Positions 1-13,524 of a stretch of DNA of 64,000 nt are shown here, in pieces; the first letter of the stretch is position 1; each line of letters starts with the position of its first letter. The translations under genes were made by a program, and so were the position numbers. A model generated the notes under the pieces. The model saw nothing but the letters and a program-made list of their open reading frames with translations, was not told the origin of the DNA and made no database searches. Origin of the DNA: Octopus vulgaris (lineage: Eukaryota); the NCBI GenBank assembly GCA_951406725.2, contig OX597835.1, forward strand, positions 30,442,001 through 30,506,000. The letters are read 5' to 3'.

Positions 1-389
1 AAGAACAACGATTTATTCTATACTAGCAGTATCGCCCGGCGTTGCTCGGGTTTGTAAGGGAAATAACTATATAAGCATTCTTAGAGGGTTATAGCCAAAA
101 AATAGCAAAAAAAGGCATTAAAAATGGAAAAAAAAATTATGGTAAATATTTTTTTAAATCGTTGACTCATCGTAGACATTTTTAGAGTGTTACTCTAACA
201 AACACTCTAAAAATGTCTGCGATGAATCAACGATTTTTAAAAAAATTACCATAATTTTTTTTCCATTTTTAATGCCTTTTTTTGCTATTTTTTGGCTATA
301 ACCCTCTAAGAATGCTTATATAGTTATTTGCCTTACAAACCCGAGCAACGCCGGGCGATACTGCTAGTATAGAATAAATCGTTGTTCTT
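1..389. repeat. Near-perfect fold-back palindrome (arms 1-191 and 201-389)
   Basis: 1-191 is the reverse complement of 201-389 apart from a few substitutions and poly-A length differences. Spacer ACTCTAACA at 192-200. The palindrome reaches the window edge. Confidence 0.95.
201..368 (+). mobile_element. Helitron-type 3' terminus (mirror copy at 22-191 on the minus strand)
   Basis: GC-rich hairpin CCCGAGCAACGCCGGG (340-355) followed 8 nt later by CTAG|T (364-368), the canonical Helitron 3' end architecture. Confidence 0.65.
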
Positions 390-589
390 AGTCATTCGTT
401 GGTGACCAAGGCAAAATCTATCTCGGACACAAGATGTCTCTTACTCCTTTGGCTACAAACTAGCAGAAGTTAAAAATTTTGGGAATTAATATGTATTCTT
501 TTATTTTATTATTCTTTTACTTGTTTCAGTCATATTACTGTTGCCATGGTGGAGCACGCGCTTAAACTGTTTTTATTCGAAAAAAATCG

Positions 590-797
590 TGGTGGTGGAA
601 TAATACTGTAGATGGGGCCATTAGAGCTGAGAAACAGGCCTGGAAGAGTGAGGGCAACAGGGAACTGTATCAGATAGCCAGAAGGAAAGCTAGAAGATAG
701 GTATACCCAGCCAAAGGAGAAGCAGAAAAGAAGTTTGCCTTTGTTCAGAACCTTGAGAACCAAAGAAATGAAGTATTTCGGATTGCAACACAGTGTG
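590..797 (+). pseudogene. RTE-like LINE ORF2 fragment (EN-RT linker)
   Basis: Manual translation WWWNNTVDGAIRAEKQAWKSEGNRELYQIARRKARR*VYPAKGEAEKKF...EVFRIATQCV resembles the RTE WWNxxVxxAIxxKxxAW linker. Contains an in-frame stop. Confidence 0.7.
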
Positions 798-812
798 TGT
801 GTGTGTGTGTAT

Positions 813-853
<41 letters not shown>

Positions 854-856
<3 letters not shown>

Positions 857-1007
857 TTCTTTATTTGCCCACAAGGGGCTAAATATAGAGAGGACAAACA
901 AGGACAGACAAAGGGATTAAGTCGATTACATCGACCCCAGTGAGAAACTGGTACTTAATTTATCGACCCCGAAAGGATGAAAGGCAAAGTCGACCTCGGC
1001 GGAATTT
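854..1007 (-). mobile_element. SINE family B (Meta-domain-like), 5'-truncated
   Basis: Reverse complement of GTCGACTTTGCCTTTCATCCTTTCGGGGTCGATAAATTAAGTACCAG plus tail. Matches the full copy at 27061-27292. Confidence 0.85.
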
Positions 1008-1025
1008 TATATATATATATATATA

Positions 1026-1427
1026 GGCGTAGGAGTTGCTGTGTGGTAAGCAGCTTGCTTACCAACCACATGATTCCGGGCTCAGTCAACACTGCGTGGC
1101 ATCTTGGGCAAGTGTCTTCTACTATAGCCTCTGGCCGACCAAAGCCTTATGAATGGATTTCGTAGACGGAAACTGAAAAGAAGCCCGTCGTATATATGTA
1201 GATAATATATGTATGCGTGTGTGTCTGTGTTTGCCCCCCCCCCCAAACATCGCTTGACAACCGATGCTGGTGTGTTTACATCCCCGTAACTTAGCGGTTC
1301 GGCAAAAGAGATCGATAGAATAAATACTAGGCTTACAAAGAATAAGTCCTTGAGTAGATTTGCTCGACTAAAGGCGGTGCTCCAGCATGGCCATAGTCAA
1401 ATGACTGAAACAAGTAAAGAGAAAGAG
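1026..1427 (+). mobile_element. SINE family A (tRNA-like head, CORE-like segment), full length
   Basis: Head GGCGTAGGAGTTGCTGTGTGGTAAG, CORE-like TTGGGCAAGTGTCTTCT, internal TA/TG tract, tail GACTGAAACAAGTAAAGAG. Homologous to 37339-37814. Confidence 0.85.
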
Positions 1428-1458
<31 letters not shown>

Positions 1459-1459
<1 letters not shown>

Positions 1460-1626
1460 ATACGACGGGCTTCTTTCAGTTTCTGTCTACCAAATCCACT
1501 CACAAGGCTTTAGCCAGCCCGAGGCTATAGTAGATGACACTTGCCCAAGATGTCACGCAGTGGGACTGAACCTGGAACCATGTGGTTAGGAAGGAAGATT
1601 CTTGCCACAGAATCACGCCTGTGCCT
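1459..1626 (-). mobile_element. SINE family A 5' half, inverted relative to the 1026 copy
   Basis: Reverse complement of about 1026-1193. Confidence 0.85.
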
Positions 1627-1863
1627 AATATGTATATATATAATAAATTTGGCTAATTCCATTTAAGAAGCCACGATGACTTTTTTTTTACACTAATCTT
1701 TCATTTACGGGAACCAACCGGATGAGCTGTTTGCAATCATAAGCAAGCGGCCAGAAGTAGTTGTAGATTGTACCTCAAAAGGAAAATGGCAGAAAATCTT
1801 AGATAATTATTTTAACATTTTCGCTGTTTTCTGTTACCTGGTCTAGATTTATATTATATAACA

Positions 1864-1865
<2 letters not shown>

Positions 1866-1938
<73 letters not shown>
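1866..1938. repeat. (CA)n microsatellite
   Basis: Pure CA run. Confidence 0.95.
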
Positions 1939-1941
<3 letters not shown>

Positions 1942-2159
1942 TACTCATACGCACACACAAGCATATACATGTAAAGCATTCATGTGAGTGAGTGAATGTA
2001 TGTAATAAATGCTCTCACAGTGTGTTGTAGATGGCGTTTACGTCGGCTGCACTTTTTCATAGATTTTTGCCGCCTGCGATTTTGTAAATACAGAGAAATT
2101 TTAAAACGATTTACAACCTTGCGATCGATTTTATATACACTCACACACGTAGATAGTTT

Positions 2160-2354
2160 ATCTGTATATCTATCTGACTGTCTGCCTATCTGTCAATCTA
2201 TCTATCTATCTATCTATCTATCTGTCTATCAATCTTTCTTTCTATCTACCTATCTATCCGTCTGTCTGTCTATCTGTCAATCTATCTATCTATCTATATC
2301 TATCTGTCTATCTATCTTTCTTTCTATATACCTATCTATCTGGCTGTCTGTATG

Positions 2355-2395
<41 letters not shown>

Positions 2396-2409
2396 ATATA
2401 AATATATGT

Positions 2410-2481
<72 letters not shown>

Positions 2482-2864
2482 ATATATGTATACAGTCTGC
2501 GTATGAGACAGAGTGATAGAAAGAGACAGAGATAAAGAGACAGATGGAAAAAAGAGAGAGATGAGAGAGAGAGAGAGAGAAGGAGAGAAAGTGTGAGAGA
2601 GAACCGCTACGAAGCAGTGATATAACGAAGGATTTTTCTCTCTCGAAAACGAAAATGAGTTAAGAAGTAAATGACAAGATAATAAGAACACATAAATAAA
2701 GAGGATTCAAGAAGAACAAGTCAATACACTAATTAATATATTGATAAATCTTTATTAAATATGATGAGAACCAAACACAGACGCTATTTATAGATTGAAT
2801 AAAATATTGTAGTATTTAAGAGAGGAAAATGTATTAGGCAAGAAAATTAGCAAAGTACGTTTGA

Positions 2865-2912
<48 letters not shown>

Positions 2913-2956
2913 ATGTGTGGGAATATGCCGGTGATTGTGTGTGTGGATGTGTGTAA

Positions 2957-2987
<31 letters not shown>

Positions 2988-2988
2988 T

Positions 2989-3031
<43 letters not shown>

Positions 3032-3238
3032 TATATTTATATATACGCATGAAAAGCTGTATAAATGTATATTACGAATAAATATGTATATATGTATGTA
3101 GCGATATAGATACATGCATACATACATACATACACACGCACACACACACTATACGTATTCACATATATACATACACACACACACATATATATATATATTT
3201 GTAATTATATGCGTATTTACATAAATGTATTTCTGTGA

Positions 3239-3288
<50 letters not shown>

Positions 3289-3356
3289 TGTGTGTGTGTG
3301 TATGTATGTAGGTATAAACATATATATATAAATATATATATATGTATGTATAAATG

Positions 3357-3398
<42 letters not shown>

Positions 3399-3430
3399 AC
3401 TATATCTATTTCTATATATATATAAGTGTA

Positions 3431-3468
<38 letters not shown>

Positions 3469-4036
3469 TACGTATAATAACGATATATTTTGCTAATATA
3501 TCATTATTGTTTGAGAAGTGAGATGAAATCGGGAGAGAAGATGTTACGAGATCAAATAGGCGCTATACACACTTGCAAATCGGATTAGCCAAGGAATTAA
3601 GAAGGAATGGAAAATATTGAACACAACAACTACTACGAAAGCAAAAATAATAACAACAACAACAACAACAAGAGCTACTGCAAAGATAGCAACAACAAAA
3701 ACAACAGCAAATCTAGCCACCACAACATCACCAGCATCACAATCGATATAGAACCAATACGTAACCAATATCGGCGATGAAGAAGAAGACGATAATATCA
3801 GGGGTAAAAGTAACATGGAGGAACATATTGTATGTATGGATGAAAGGCTGAATGGATGAATGGAGGGATAGAGAGATGGAGATGCGGATGCTTGGATGGG
3901 TGGAAGAACGTACGCACGTGCGTATGTATGTATGTATGTATGTACGCATGTATGTATTTACGTATGTATGTGTGTGTGTGTATCATGTATTTATGTATGG
4001 AATATATATAAACGTGTTCGTAAGCATACATACATG

Positions 4037-4109
<73 letters not shown>

Positions 4110-4397
4110 ATATATATTTAGATATATGTATATATGTTTTCTACATATTTGTGTCTATCTATCTATCTCTCTATCTATCTATCTCTATCTGTCTATCTAT
4201 CTATCTATCTATCAATTTGTTAATCTACCTTTTTATCTAACTTTCTATTTATGTATCTAACGTATACGTATGCACTCATATATACGCGCAAGGATGTATG
4301 TATATGTGTGCGTGTGTGTGTGTATGTGTGTGTGTGTGTTATCTTATAAAATATACATGCGTGTGTAAATAGACAGATATCTGTCTTCATATAAATG

Positions 4398-4452
<55 letters not shown>

Positions 4453-4773
4453 ATGTATATACACATGCTGAAAGCAAAAACAGGGTTGCTATATGATGAA
4501 CTTCCAAACATTATTAGCTGCCGTACCAGAAGGGAGCTGCAACTGTGAAATGTCTTAAGTTTGGATTCCATGCAAATCTCCCTGGATTGCTTGGAACTTA
4601 GAAATATTACACTTTAAAAGATTGTCTTCAGCACCGCTTACCACTTTATTAGGAAGTTGTCTGTACGCATACGTGCAACTGGGGATACACATACATACCT
4701 GCATACACACATACATACATACATACACATATATATATACACGCACACACGCACACATAATTATACACAAACG

Positions 4774-4804
<31 letters not shown>

Positions 4805-4874
4805 GCACGTATGAGAGTGTTTACGGTAACGTGCCTATTTATATGTATATATGAATATGTATGCATACTTGTAT

Positions 4875-4915
<41 letters not shown>

Positions 4916-5100
4916 TATGTGTGTGTATGTATATATGTGTATATATATATATGTATGTATGTATATACATATATATATGAATGTATACATATGCATACAT
5001 ACATATATATATATATATACAAATCCATATATATATATATATATATACATATATATACACACATATATATACATACATATATATATATATATATACAAAT

Positions 5101-5140
<40 letters not shown>
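2160..5140. repeat. Compound (TATC)n/(TA)n/(TG)n/(TATG)n microsatellite field with short unique spacers
   Basis: Direct inspection. Explains the [12 protein letters not shown] ORFs. Confidence 0.9.
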
Positions 5141-5419
5141 TACATATAAAATGTGTAATGTAAGAGTTATAAAATATAATAGACATATATTTTGCATAGT
5201 TCATTGATATAATATAGAACTTAATACGTTGGTTTCAGTGTATATATAATTTTCCTTTATCGTTTACCTTTTACTTGTATCAGTTATTGGACTGCGCCCA
5301 TGTTCGAGCCCTGCTTTTGAGTATTTGTTTCGAAGAAATCCACCCCAGGATTGAATTTTTCTTAAAGCCTGCCACGTATTCTATTGATCCGGGCAATGCA
5401 TTGTATTTTTCAGCAAATC

Positions 5420-5560
5420 TCTTCATTTCACGTTGGACCAGTCCACTCAGCTGGCAAAAAAGAGTAACCTTGCGATGGACCAGCGTCTCATCCATGTAGG
5501 GAATATATGTACGCCATGAAACCGATAAACCGACCCTCATGAATCGGTATAACACGACAA
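5420..5560 (+). mobile_element. Degraded V-domain-like SINE fragment
   Basis: CCAGTCCACTCAGCTG...ACCTTGCGATGGACCAGCGTCTCATCCA...GAAACCG resembles the V-SINE central domain (CCTGCGATGGACT.GC.TCCCATCCAGG), recalled from memory. Confidence 0.45.
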
Positions 5561-5605
5561 GGAAACTTTACCTTTATATAGCTATACTTACATTGTTTTC
5601 TTACT

Positions 5606-5940
5606 GGCGTAGGAGTTGCTCTGTGGTAAAGTAGCTTGCTTACGAACCACATGGTTCCGGGTTCAGGCCCACTGCGTGGTACCTTGGGCAAGTGTCTTCT
5701 GCTATAGCCTCGGGCCGACCAAAGCCTTGTGAGTGGATTTTGTAGACGGAAACTGAAAGAAGCCGGTCGTATATATATATATGTGTGTGTGTGTGTATAT
5801 ATGTAGTGTATCTGTGTTTCGGGGTCGATAAATTAAGTACCAGTTACGCACTGCGGTCGTTATAATCGACTTAATCCCTTTGTCTGTCCTTGTTTGTCCT
5901 CTCTGTGTTTAGCCCCTTGTGGGTAGTAAAGAAATAGGTA
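5606..5940 (+). mobile_element. Chimeric SINE: family A 5' half (5606-5772), microsatellite, family B 3' half (5818-5940)
   Basis: Direct similarity to 1026-1193 and to 27175-27292. Confidence 0.8.
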
Positions 5941-6852
5941 TTACTTTGAATTCAGTTTATGGGGAAAATTTTTGGAGTACTTTTTGAAATTTGAATTTTC
6001 AGTTGTTAGCTTATAACAAATCCCCACCCAGATCTGATCCCAATGCTGGATGTTCAAGAACCACATGAATAGGAAATTTTCAATCCTGGCATCGTCCTGA
6101 TTCCAGAATGGTATTATATGTCTATGTAAAGCAAAGGTAGACTTAGATACAGGGGTCCTGGACGGACGGAGGAGACAGAATTTCGCGCTTATTACTGTAG
6201 AAGAGCTTAGAGATGATTCGTTTATCACTGGTTCGTGTATCACAGCCGTTATTTTTTCGAAACCAAGCCCCCAAATAATCGAGGATAGAAGTATTGCATA
6301 GCAGCTCTATAAAATACTACCTTCTTGGGATCGACATCGATTGTGGCCATGATCTTCTACAGGGCCTTCAATCAGATCATGTCGAAAGCAACTTTTATTT
6401 TGATGAAATTGAAGATCAAAGCAAGACCGCTTTTATATGATTTTACAAGTATTTGCCTACCAGATCTGAAAACGAATTGACTAAAATTGATTCGGTTTTC
6501 ATTTTATTCTGTAAAATAGGATATTACTAAGCATATTTCCAGGTGTTTATGATGGAGAATTGAAATTCAGGTTGTTGGAAATATTTGTCTTTCATCCGTT
6601 TTTATATAATGGCGAAAGCAGAATACAGGTTCAGGCTTTTGGTTACATTGCATAGCTGAAGCTACATGTGTGGATGTGTGTGTGTATGTGTTTGTGTGTG
6701 TACGTGGTTTTGTATGCGTGTGTATGTGTGTGTGTGTGAGTGTGTGTGTGTTTGTGAATGTGCGTGTGTGTATGTACGCTGAGCTCCGAGACAGCGAGGA
6801 CTCAATATATATAATACAGAGTTTATAGCGGGTATTGGCTGTTTCAAATCCT

Positions 6853-6901
<49 letters not shown>

Positions 6902-6964
6902 CCATATATGTTTATATATGTATATATATATATATATAAAATAATATGTGACAATTATTCGTTA

Positions 6965-7034
6965 GCCAAGATAAAACCCTGAGTTTCGGATGCCGAGGTG
7001 GAAATCCACACCACCATCTCTTCGGTTATCTGGC
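6965..7034 (-). ncRNA. Degenerate type I hammerhead-like motif
   Basis: Minus strand: GCCAGATAA-CCGAAGA-GATG..(GTGG/CCAC hairpin)..CATCC-GAAA-CTCAGGG-TT-TTATCTTGGC. Stem I has 9 bp with a bulge; core has U4C. Confidence 0.5.
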
Positions 7035-7128
7035 CAGATATATATAACATTGTAAGTGAATATATATATGTATGTATTTGCATATATACTTATATATATA
7101 TGCGTATATATGTATTTCTATATATGTG

Positions 7129-7174
<46 letters not shown>

Positions 7175-7476
7175 ATACTGTCAACAACACCCTGCAGCTC
7201 CAATCCCCCCCACCAATCCCGAAGCAACGCCAACAGCAGCACAACAAAGGCGTGTACACGGCAAATAACAATATAACAGCAGCAGCAACACCACTACCAT
7301 CACTACCACCACTTTCACAACCTCTTCCACCACTACCCCCACGACAACCACAACGAACAACAACAGCAACAACAACCACCAACACCTAAGTAAACAAAAC
7401 ATGATATTTAAAAGAACAAACTTTACCGAGGTGACAGGTGATATGGCTGGTGGATGTATTGGGGGTTGTGTTGTTG

Positions 7477-7508
<32 letters not shown>

Positions 7509-7689
7509 GGTGGTGGTGGTGGTGGTGACACTGGATGTTGTTGTTGGTGGTGGTGGTGACGTCTTCCGTGGTGCTTTATATAATATCAATTTATAATGTT
7601 TCACTTTAATAATATAACTCTTACACCTTGAAATATACTCTGGAAATAGCAAATTAATAACATAAAACATAATACACTCACTTTCTCTC

Positions 7690-7710
7690 TTTCATATGTA
7701 TATAGGTGTG

Positions 7711-7793
<83 letters not shown>

Positions 7794-7811
7794 GTATATA
7801 TATATAAATAC

Positions 7812-7887
<76 letters not shown>

Positions 7888-7978
7888 GTATTTACACACA
7901 TGTGCGTGTGTATAACGGTACAAATATATTATGCAATGTATATGTATATATAAATGTATGTATATATATATATGTATA

Positions 7979-8021
<43 letters not shown>

Positions 8022-8143
8022 ACATATATTCACAGAATATTATATAATGCACACGTACACAAACATACATACATATATATAAGTATATGTAGGTATAAAT
8101 ACATATACACACACATGCATTCATCCATATATATGCGTGTGTG

Positions 8144-8236
<93 letters not shown>

Positions 8237-8270
8237 GTATATATATGTATGTATATATATATATATATAT
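7690..8270. repeat. (TA)n-dominated microsatellite field
   Basis: Direct inspection. Confidence 0.95.
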
Positions 8271-8689
8271 AAGTAGATATGAATGTATATATGTATGTAG
8301 GCATTATATAATGTATATATCTGTTCCAATCGTATTAATCTATCTGAAATCAAATCTTTACACCAGTTGGAAATGGAATGTTTATAGGAGCTGGGTTTTG
8401 GATGTAGATGGTGGTGGTGAAGTGATGGTATGTTACGGGTGTAGTGTAATGGCGGTGATGGTTGGTAGTTGTTGTAGTATGGGCGTTGATGGCGGCGATG
8501 GTCGCGGTAAGAGCAGCAGCGCTTTAGATGGAAGTGGTGGCGGTCGTGGTGGTAGGGGTGATATCAGTTGTAAATTATGGTAGCAGTTGCAGTAGTAGTG
8601 TTGATACTATTGGTAGTGGCGGTGCATTGGTAGCGGCAGTAGTACGGAAGTGGTATGGCCGTGATATGTTATTAATTGTACAGAGGTGG

Positions 8690-9208
8690 TGGTGATGGTG
8701 GCAATAGGAGCGGTAGTTTGGTGGTGGCGGTTGTGTTGGTCATGGCGTTGGAGGTGATGTTGGTAGTGGTGATGGTGGTGGTGATGAGTGTGATTGTAGT
8801 GGTTGTGGTAGTGGTATTGATAGTGGCGGTAGTGGTGGAAATGGTGGTGGTGTTGGTTTTGAGTCGTGGTTGTGGTGTTGGTAGTAGTAGTGGTGGTGGT
8901 AGTGTTGGTAGTGGTGGTTGTGGTGTTGGTAGTGGTGGTGGTAGTGGTGGTGGTGTTGGTGGTGGTGGTGGTAGTGGTGTTGGTGTTGTTGTTGTTGGTG
9001 GTAGTGGTGGTATTGGTAGTGGTGGTAGTGGTAGTGGTGGTGGTAGTGGTATTGGTGGTGGTAGTAGTGGTGGTGGTGGTGGTAGTAGTGGTGGTGGTGG
9101 TGGTGGTGGTAGTGGTATTGGTGGTGGTAGTAGTGGTGGTGGTGGTGGTGGTAGTAGTGGTGGTGGTGGTGGTGGTAGTGGTGGTGGTGGTGGTGGTGGT
9201 GGTGGTTT
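8690..9208. repeat. (GGT/AGT)n trinucleotide low-complexity tract
   Basis: Source of the poly-Val and poly-Gly ORFs. Confidence 0.9.
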
Positions 9209-9523
9209 TTAGCGATGGTATGTCATCACAGAATGCAATACGTTAATGTTACAAAAAAACCCCCCGATAGTGGTGCTTCTGATGGGAGAGCAATCCCTGG
9301 AAGTGGCGGCGACGCCGGTGTGGCACCTACGGAGCGGCGATGGTGATGGTGCCGAGTGTCGGAAGGCGGCGGCGTGTAATCAGGAAATATGTAAATAAAT
9401 AAATGAATATATTATTCAATAAATATTGGTAACAACATATCTTGCCAAAAACAGATTTAATTTCAAAGATATATCACTTTTCATTTCTAACTTACACAAC
9501 ATATATTTACATTTATTTCCGTA

Positions 9524-9554
<31 letters not shown>

Positions 9555-9562
9555 TTGTTTTT

Positions 9563-9604
<42 letters not shown>

Positions 9605-10012
9605 GCTGTTGTTGTTGTCGTCGTCGTCGCCGTTTCAAATAATAACATGGTTTATTTTCTTTTTCATTAGAGGACGTGCATACTCAGTTGTAAGAAAATG
9701 TACATATTGTGTCTCAAAACCTAGTATGATGTATATATATATATATATATATATCGTGTAAATACACACACACACACACACATATACATTTATAAATATG
9801 CATGCATATATATATATGTATGTATGTATATATATATATACTTTTATATACATACATATATATATATATACATATATATCCGCACCAACGCACGGTTGCA
9901 ACACCATATGGTTGTACCTCCAACCGTGCTGTCTTCTGCTGTGATTTTTGCTACCAAGGTATCGGTTAAACTTTTGATTAATCTGCAACAAGATTATTCA
10001 TCTTTCTATTTC

Positions 10013-10057
<45 letters not shown>

Positions 10058-10559
10058 ACACACCAACACACCCACATATATATCTATATATATATATATA
10101 TATATATATGAGGGGTATGTTTATCTATACATATATGTGTATATGTGTGTGTGTGTTTGTAAGTTGTATGCATTGTGTACATGCTGCATTCCAGTATTTT
10201 TTCCCGCCTGTTTAAAGGGCATGGCCCTCATGTATGTATGCATATATGTGCATTTAAACTGGAGAGTATATAAATATATTATAGACTTATGGTGTCGTTC
10301 ACATCCTACGGCTTCTTTTATTAATATACAGCTGATGGCTATTGTAGTAGCATTAATCCTGATCCCGATGCTAATGGCTCTGCCGTCGTTGATGTTATTA
10401 GTGATAGAGGTGGTGGTGGTGGTGGTGGTGGTGGTTGTTTTTGCGTTATTTCTGTATTATTGTGCTTTTAATTCGTGTTGTTTGTTGGTTGTGGTGATTA
10501 TACAAATAAAGGTGGCAGTGCTTGTCGTGTGTGATGGTGATTGTGGTGTTGGCGACTGC

Positions 10560-11235
10560 GGTGGCCGCGGTGTCCTCGCTGTCGACGGTGACATCGATGT
10601 CGGTGGTAGGTCCGATGGCTGTCTTGGCGGTGGCAGGTCCGAAGGATGTATTAGCTGTAGAGGAGCTAATGGTTGTCTTGGCGGTGGTGGATCCGATGGT
10701 TGTCCTAGCGGTAGAGGAGCCAATGGTTGTCTTGTGGTGGTGGGTCCGATGGTTGTCTTGGCGCTGGCGAGTCTGACGGATATCTTAGCTGTAGAGGAAG
10801 CAATGGTTGTCTTGGCGGTAGTGCATTCGATGGTTGTCTTAGCGGCAGAGGAGCCAATGGCTGTCTTGGTGGTGGTGGATCCAATTGTTGCCTTGGTGGT
10901 AGAGGAGCCAATGGTTGTCTTGGCTGTGGCGGGTCCGATGGCTGTCTTGACGGTGGCGGGTCGGATGGTTGTCATTGGTTGTGGAGGGTCTGACGGTTGT
11001 CTTGGCGGTGGCACGTCCGATAGTTGTCTTTAAATGGCGGATTCGATGGTTGTCTTGGCGGTGGTGGTCCGATTGTTGTCACCGGCGGTGGCGCGTCTGA
11101 TATTTCTCATTGGCTGTGGCAGGTCCGACAGTTGTCTTGGCGGTGGCACGTCCGATAGTTGTCTTTAGATAGCGGGTTCGATGGTTGTCTTGGCGGCAGC
11201 GGGTCCGATGGTTGTCTTTGTCGTGGCAGGTTGAT
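10560..11235. repeat. 27-bp minisatellite (consensus about TCCGATGGTTGTCTTGGCGGTGGCRGG), more than 20 diverged units
   Basis: GATGGTTGTCTT recurs with a period of about 27 nt. Confidence 0.9.
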
Positions 11236-11489
11236 GGTAGTCATGCTGGTACTTGACTTAGTGGTATTTCGACGTTACAGCTCATGTTGTAGTTTGTGGT
11301 GATGTTTGTGCTGGTAAAGTTATCAGGTGTGGCTGTCTGGTAAGAAGCATGTTTCCCGGGTAAACAGCAATCGGAGGGCGTTGCTGTTGCCATCATTATT
11401 ATCATATCGTCTATCATTTCATCACATTATGTCCTTTTCCAGCCCGCAGCTTCCTTTCTTTGTAAGGCTCTTGTGGTCAATTTAATGAA

Positions 11490-11875
11490 TAAAAGAAGCA
11501 TGTTTCACAACCACATTGTTTCGGGTTCAGTCCCACTGTGTGGCACCTTGGGCAAGTGTTTTCTACAACAGCCTTGGGCCTACCAAATCCTTGTGAGTGG
11601 ATCAGGCAGACAGAAACTGAAAGAAGCCTGTCGTACGTGTGTGTGTATGTGTTCCCCCCACCATCACTACCATCATCGCTTGACGACCGATTTTGGTGTG
11701 TCATATCACCCTAACTTAGCGGTTTAGCAAAATAAATCGATAGAATAAGTACTAGGTTTTTTTTTTAAAAATGACCGGGTGTCAATTTTTTAGACTCGAA
11801 AATACTCTTTAAGGCGGGGCTCCAGCATGGCCGCAGTCAAATAACTGAAACAATTAGAAGGGAAAAAGAATAAAA
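11490..11875 (+). mobile_element. SINE family A copy, diverged, head partly displaced (fragment at about 11325-11357)
   Basis: GGGTTCAGTCCCACTG...TTGGGCAAGTG...CTCCAGCATGGCCGCAGTC. Confidence 0.8.
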
Positions 11876-12049
11876 GATTGTCTTTGATGTTGATGATGAT
11901 AGTGATTGTTGTGGTGGTGGGATCGATGGTTGTCTTGTATAATGGAGTGGGGATGGTGCTGTTGGTGCTGGCTGTGGTGGTGGTCACTATGACTGTTTGG
12001 CCAAACAAGGCTTGAAATGGCTGTTAGCAGTATTGGTCGTGATAATGTA

Positions 12050-12930
12050 GATGTTAGTGCTAATTGTAGTGTTGGTGATGGTTATAGTGGTAGTTGTTAT
12101 GGTGATGGTTATGGTGGTTGTAACTGTTTGTATTGCATGCTGTGGTGGTGGCTCTGGCATCGGTGGTATTGATGGTATTGACGATGCTTGTGCTGTTGGT
12201 AGTGATGATGGTGGTGATTATAGTATTGGTGATGGTTGTAGTGGTTGTGGTTGTTGTTGTGGTGATAATTATGGTGCTGGTAGTTGTAGTAGCTGTGGTG
12301 TTGATGATGTTTCTGGTGGTGGTGGTGTTGGTGGTTGTGGTATTGGTGATAGTGTGATGGTAGTGGTTGTCGTTGTAGTGGTGCTGGTTATGGTAAATGT
12401 GTTGAAGTTCGTGGTTGTTGTTGTTGTGGTGGTGGTTATGGTGCTGGCGGTTGCAGTAGCTGTGGTGTTGATGATGTTTCTGGTGAGGGTGGTGGTGGTG
12501 GTCATGGTGGTGGTCGTGGTGGTCGTGGTGGTCGTGGTCGTGGTTGAGGTCGTGGTCGTGGTCGGGGTCATGGTCGTGGTCGTGGTCATGGTGGTGGTCA
12601 TGGTTGTGGTCGTGGTCGTGGTCGTGGTATTGTTCATGGTCGTGGTCGTGGTCGTGGTCATGGTGGTCGTCGTGGTGGTGGTCGTGGCGGCGGCGGCGGT
12701 GGTGGTGGTGGTGGTTGCGGCGGTGGTGGCAGTAGGGTGGTGGTGATGGTGGTGATAGTGGTGGTGGTGGTGGTGGTGGTGGTGGTGGTGGTGGTGGTGG
12801 TGGTAGTGGTGGTAATGATTGTGGTATTTGTGATGTTTGAGGTACTGCTGTTGGTTGTGATGCTGGTGATGATTGTAGCGGTGGTGGTAGTGGTGGTGGT
12901 GGTGGTGGTGGTGGTGGTGGTGGTGGTAGT
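12050..12930. repeat. (GGT)n/(GGTCGT)n low-complexity tract
   Basis: Direct inspection. Confidence 0.9.
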
Positions 12931-13465
12931 TATTTTGCCGCTGCTTCTGTTGGTGACGTAACAACTTCTTCCTCAATGTGATTACAATCCACAAAACACA
13001 AAGTAAATAAAACATTACATAAACAAACATTAAAATAATAAAACAAAACAAAACAATGACAAATAAACAATTGGCTGGTAAACATTAAAGTTTGTCGGGA
13101 AACGACACTTCTCTCTGAAACAATAACAACAATAACAACAACATGACATATTTGATGTACACACGAGCACAGACCTTTACATATATATATACATATACAA
13201 GTATGTATTTATATATACATATATATGTATGTGTATATGTATGAGGTATACATACGTATATGTCTATGTCTGTATATACGTTTGTATGTATGTATATATA
13301 TATACACTCTCTGTCGCACACAGATACACACATACATTTACGCACACATACACACTCACACACACACACACATATATATAGACGCGCGAGCACTAACGTT
13401 AAGAGAAACGCAAAATGCAAAATCCAAAATACAAATAAAAACAACAACAGTAGCAATAATCAATG

Positions 13466-13524
<59 letters not shown>

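Noticed and set aside
10137-11033. 298-aa ORF with Gly/Cys repeats
   Set aside because: Explained by the 27-bp minisatellite; open in several frames and on both strands.
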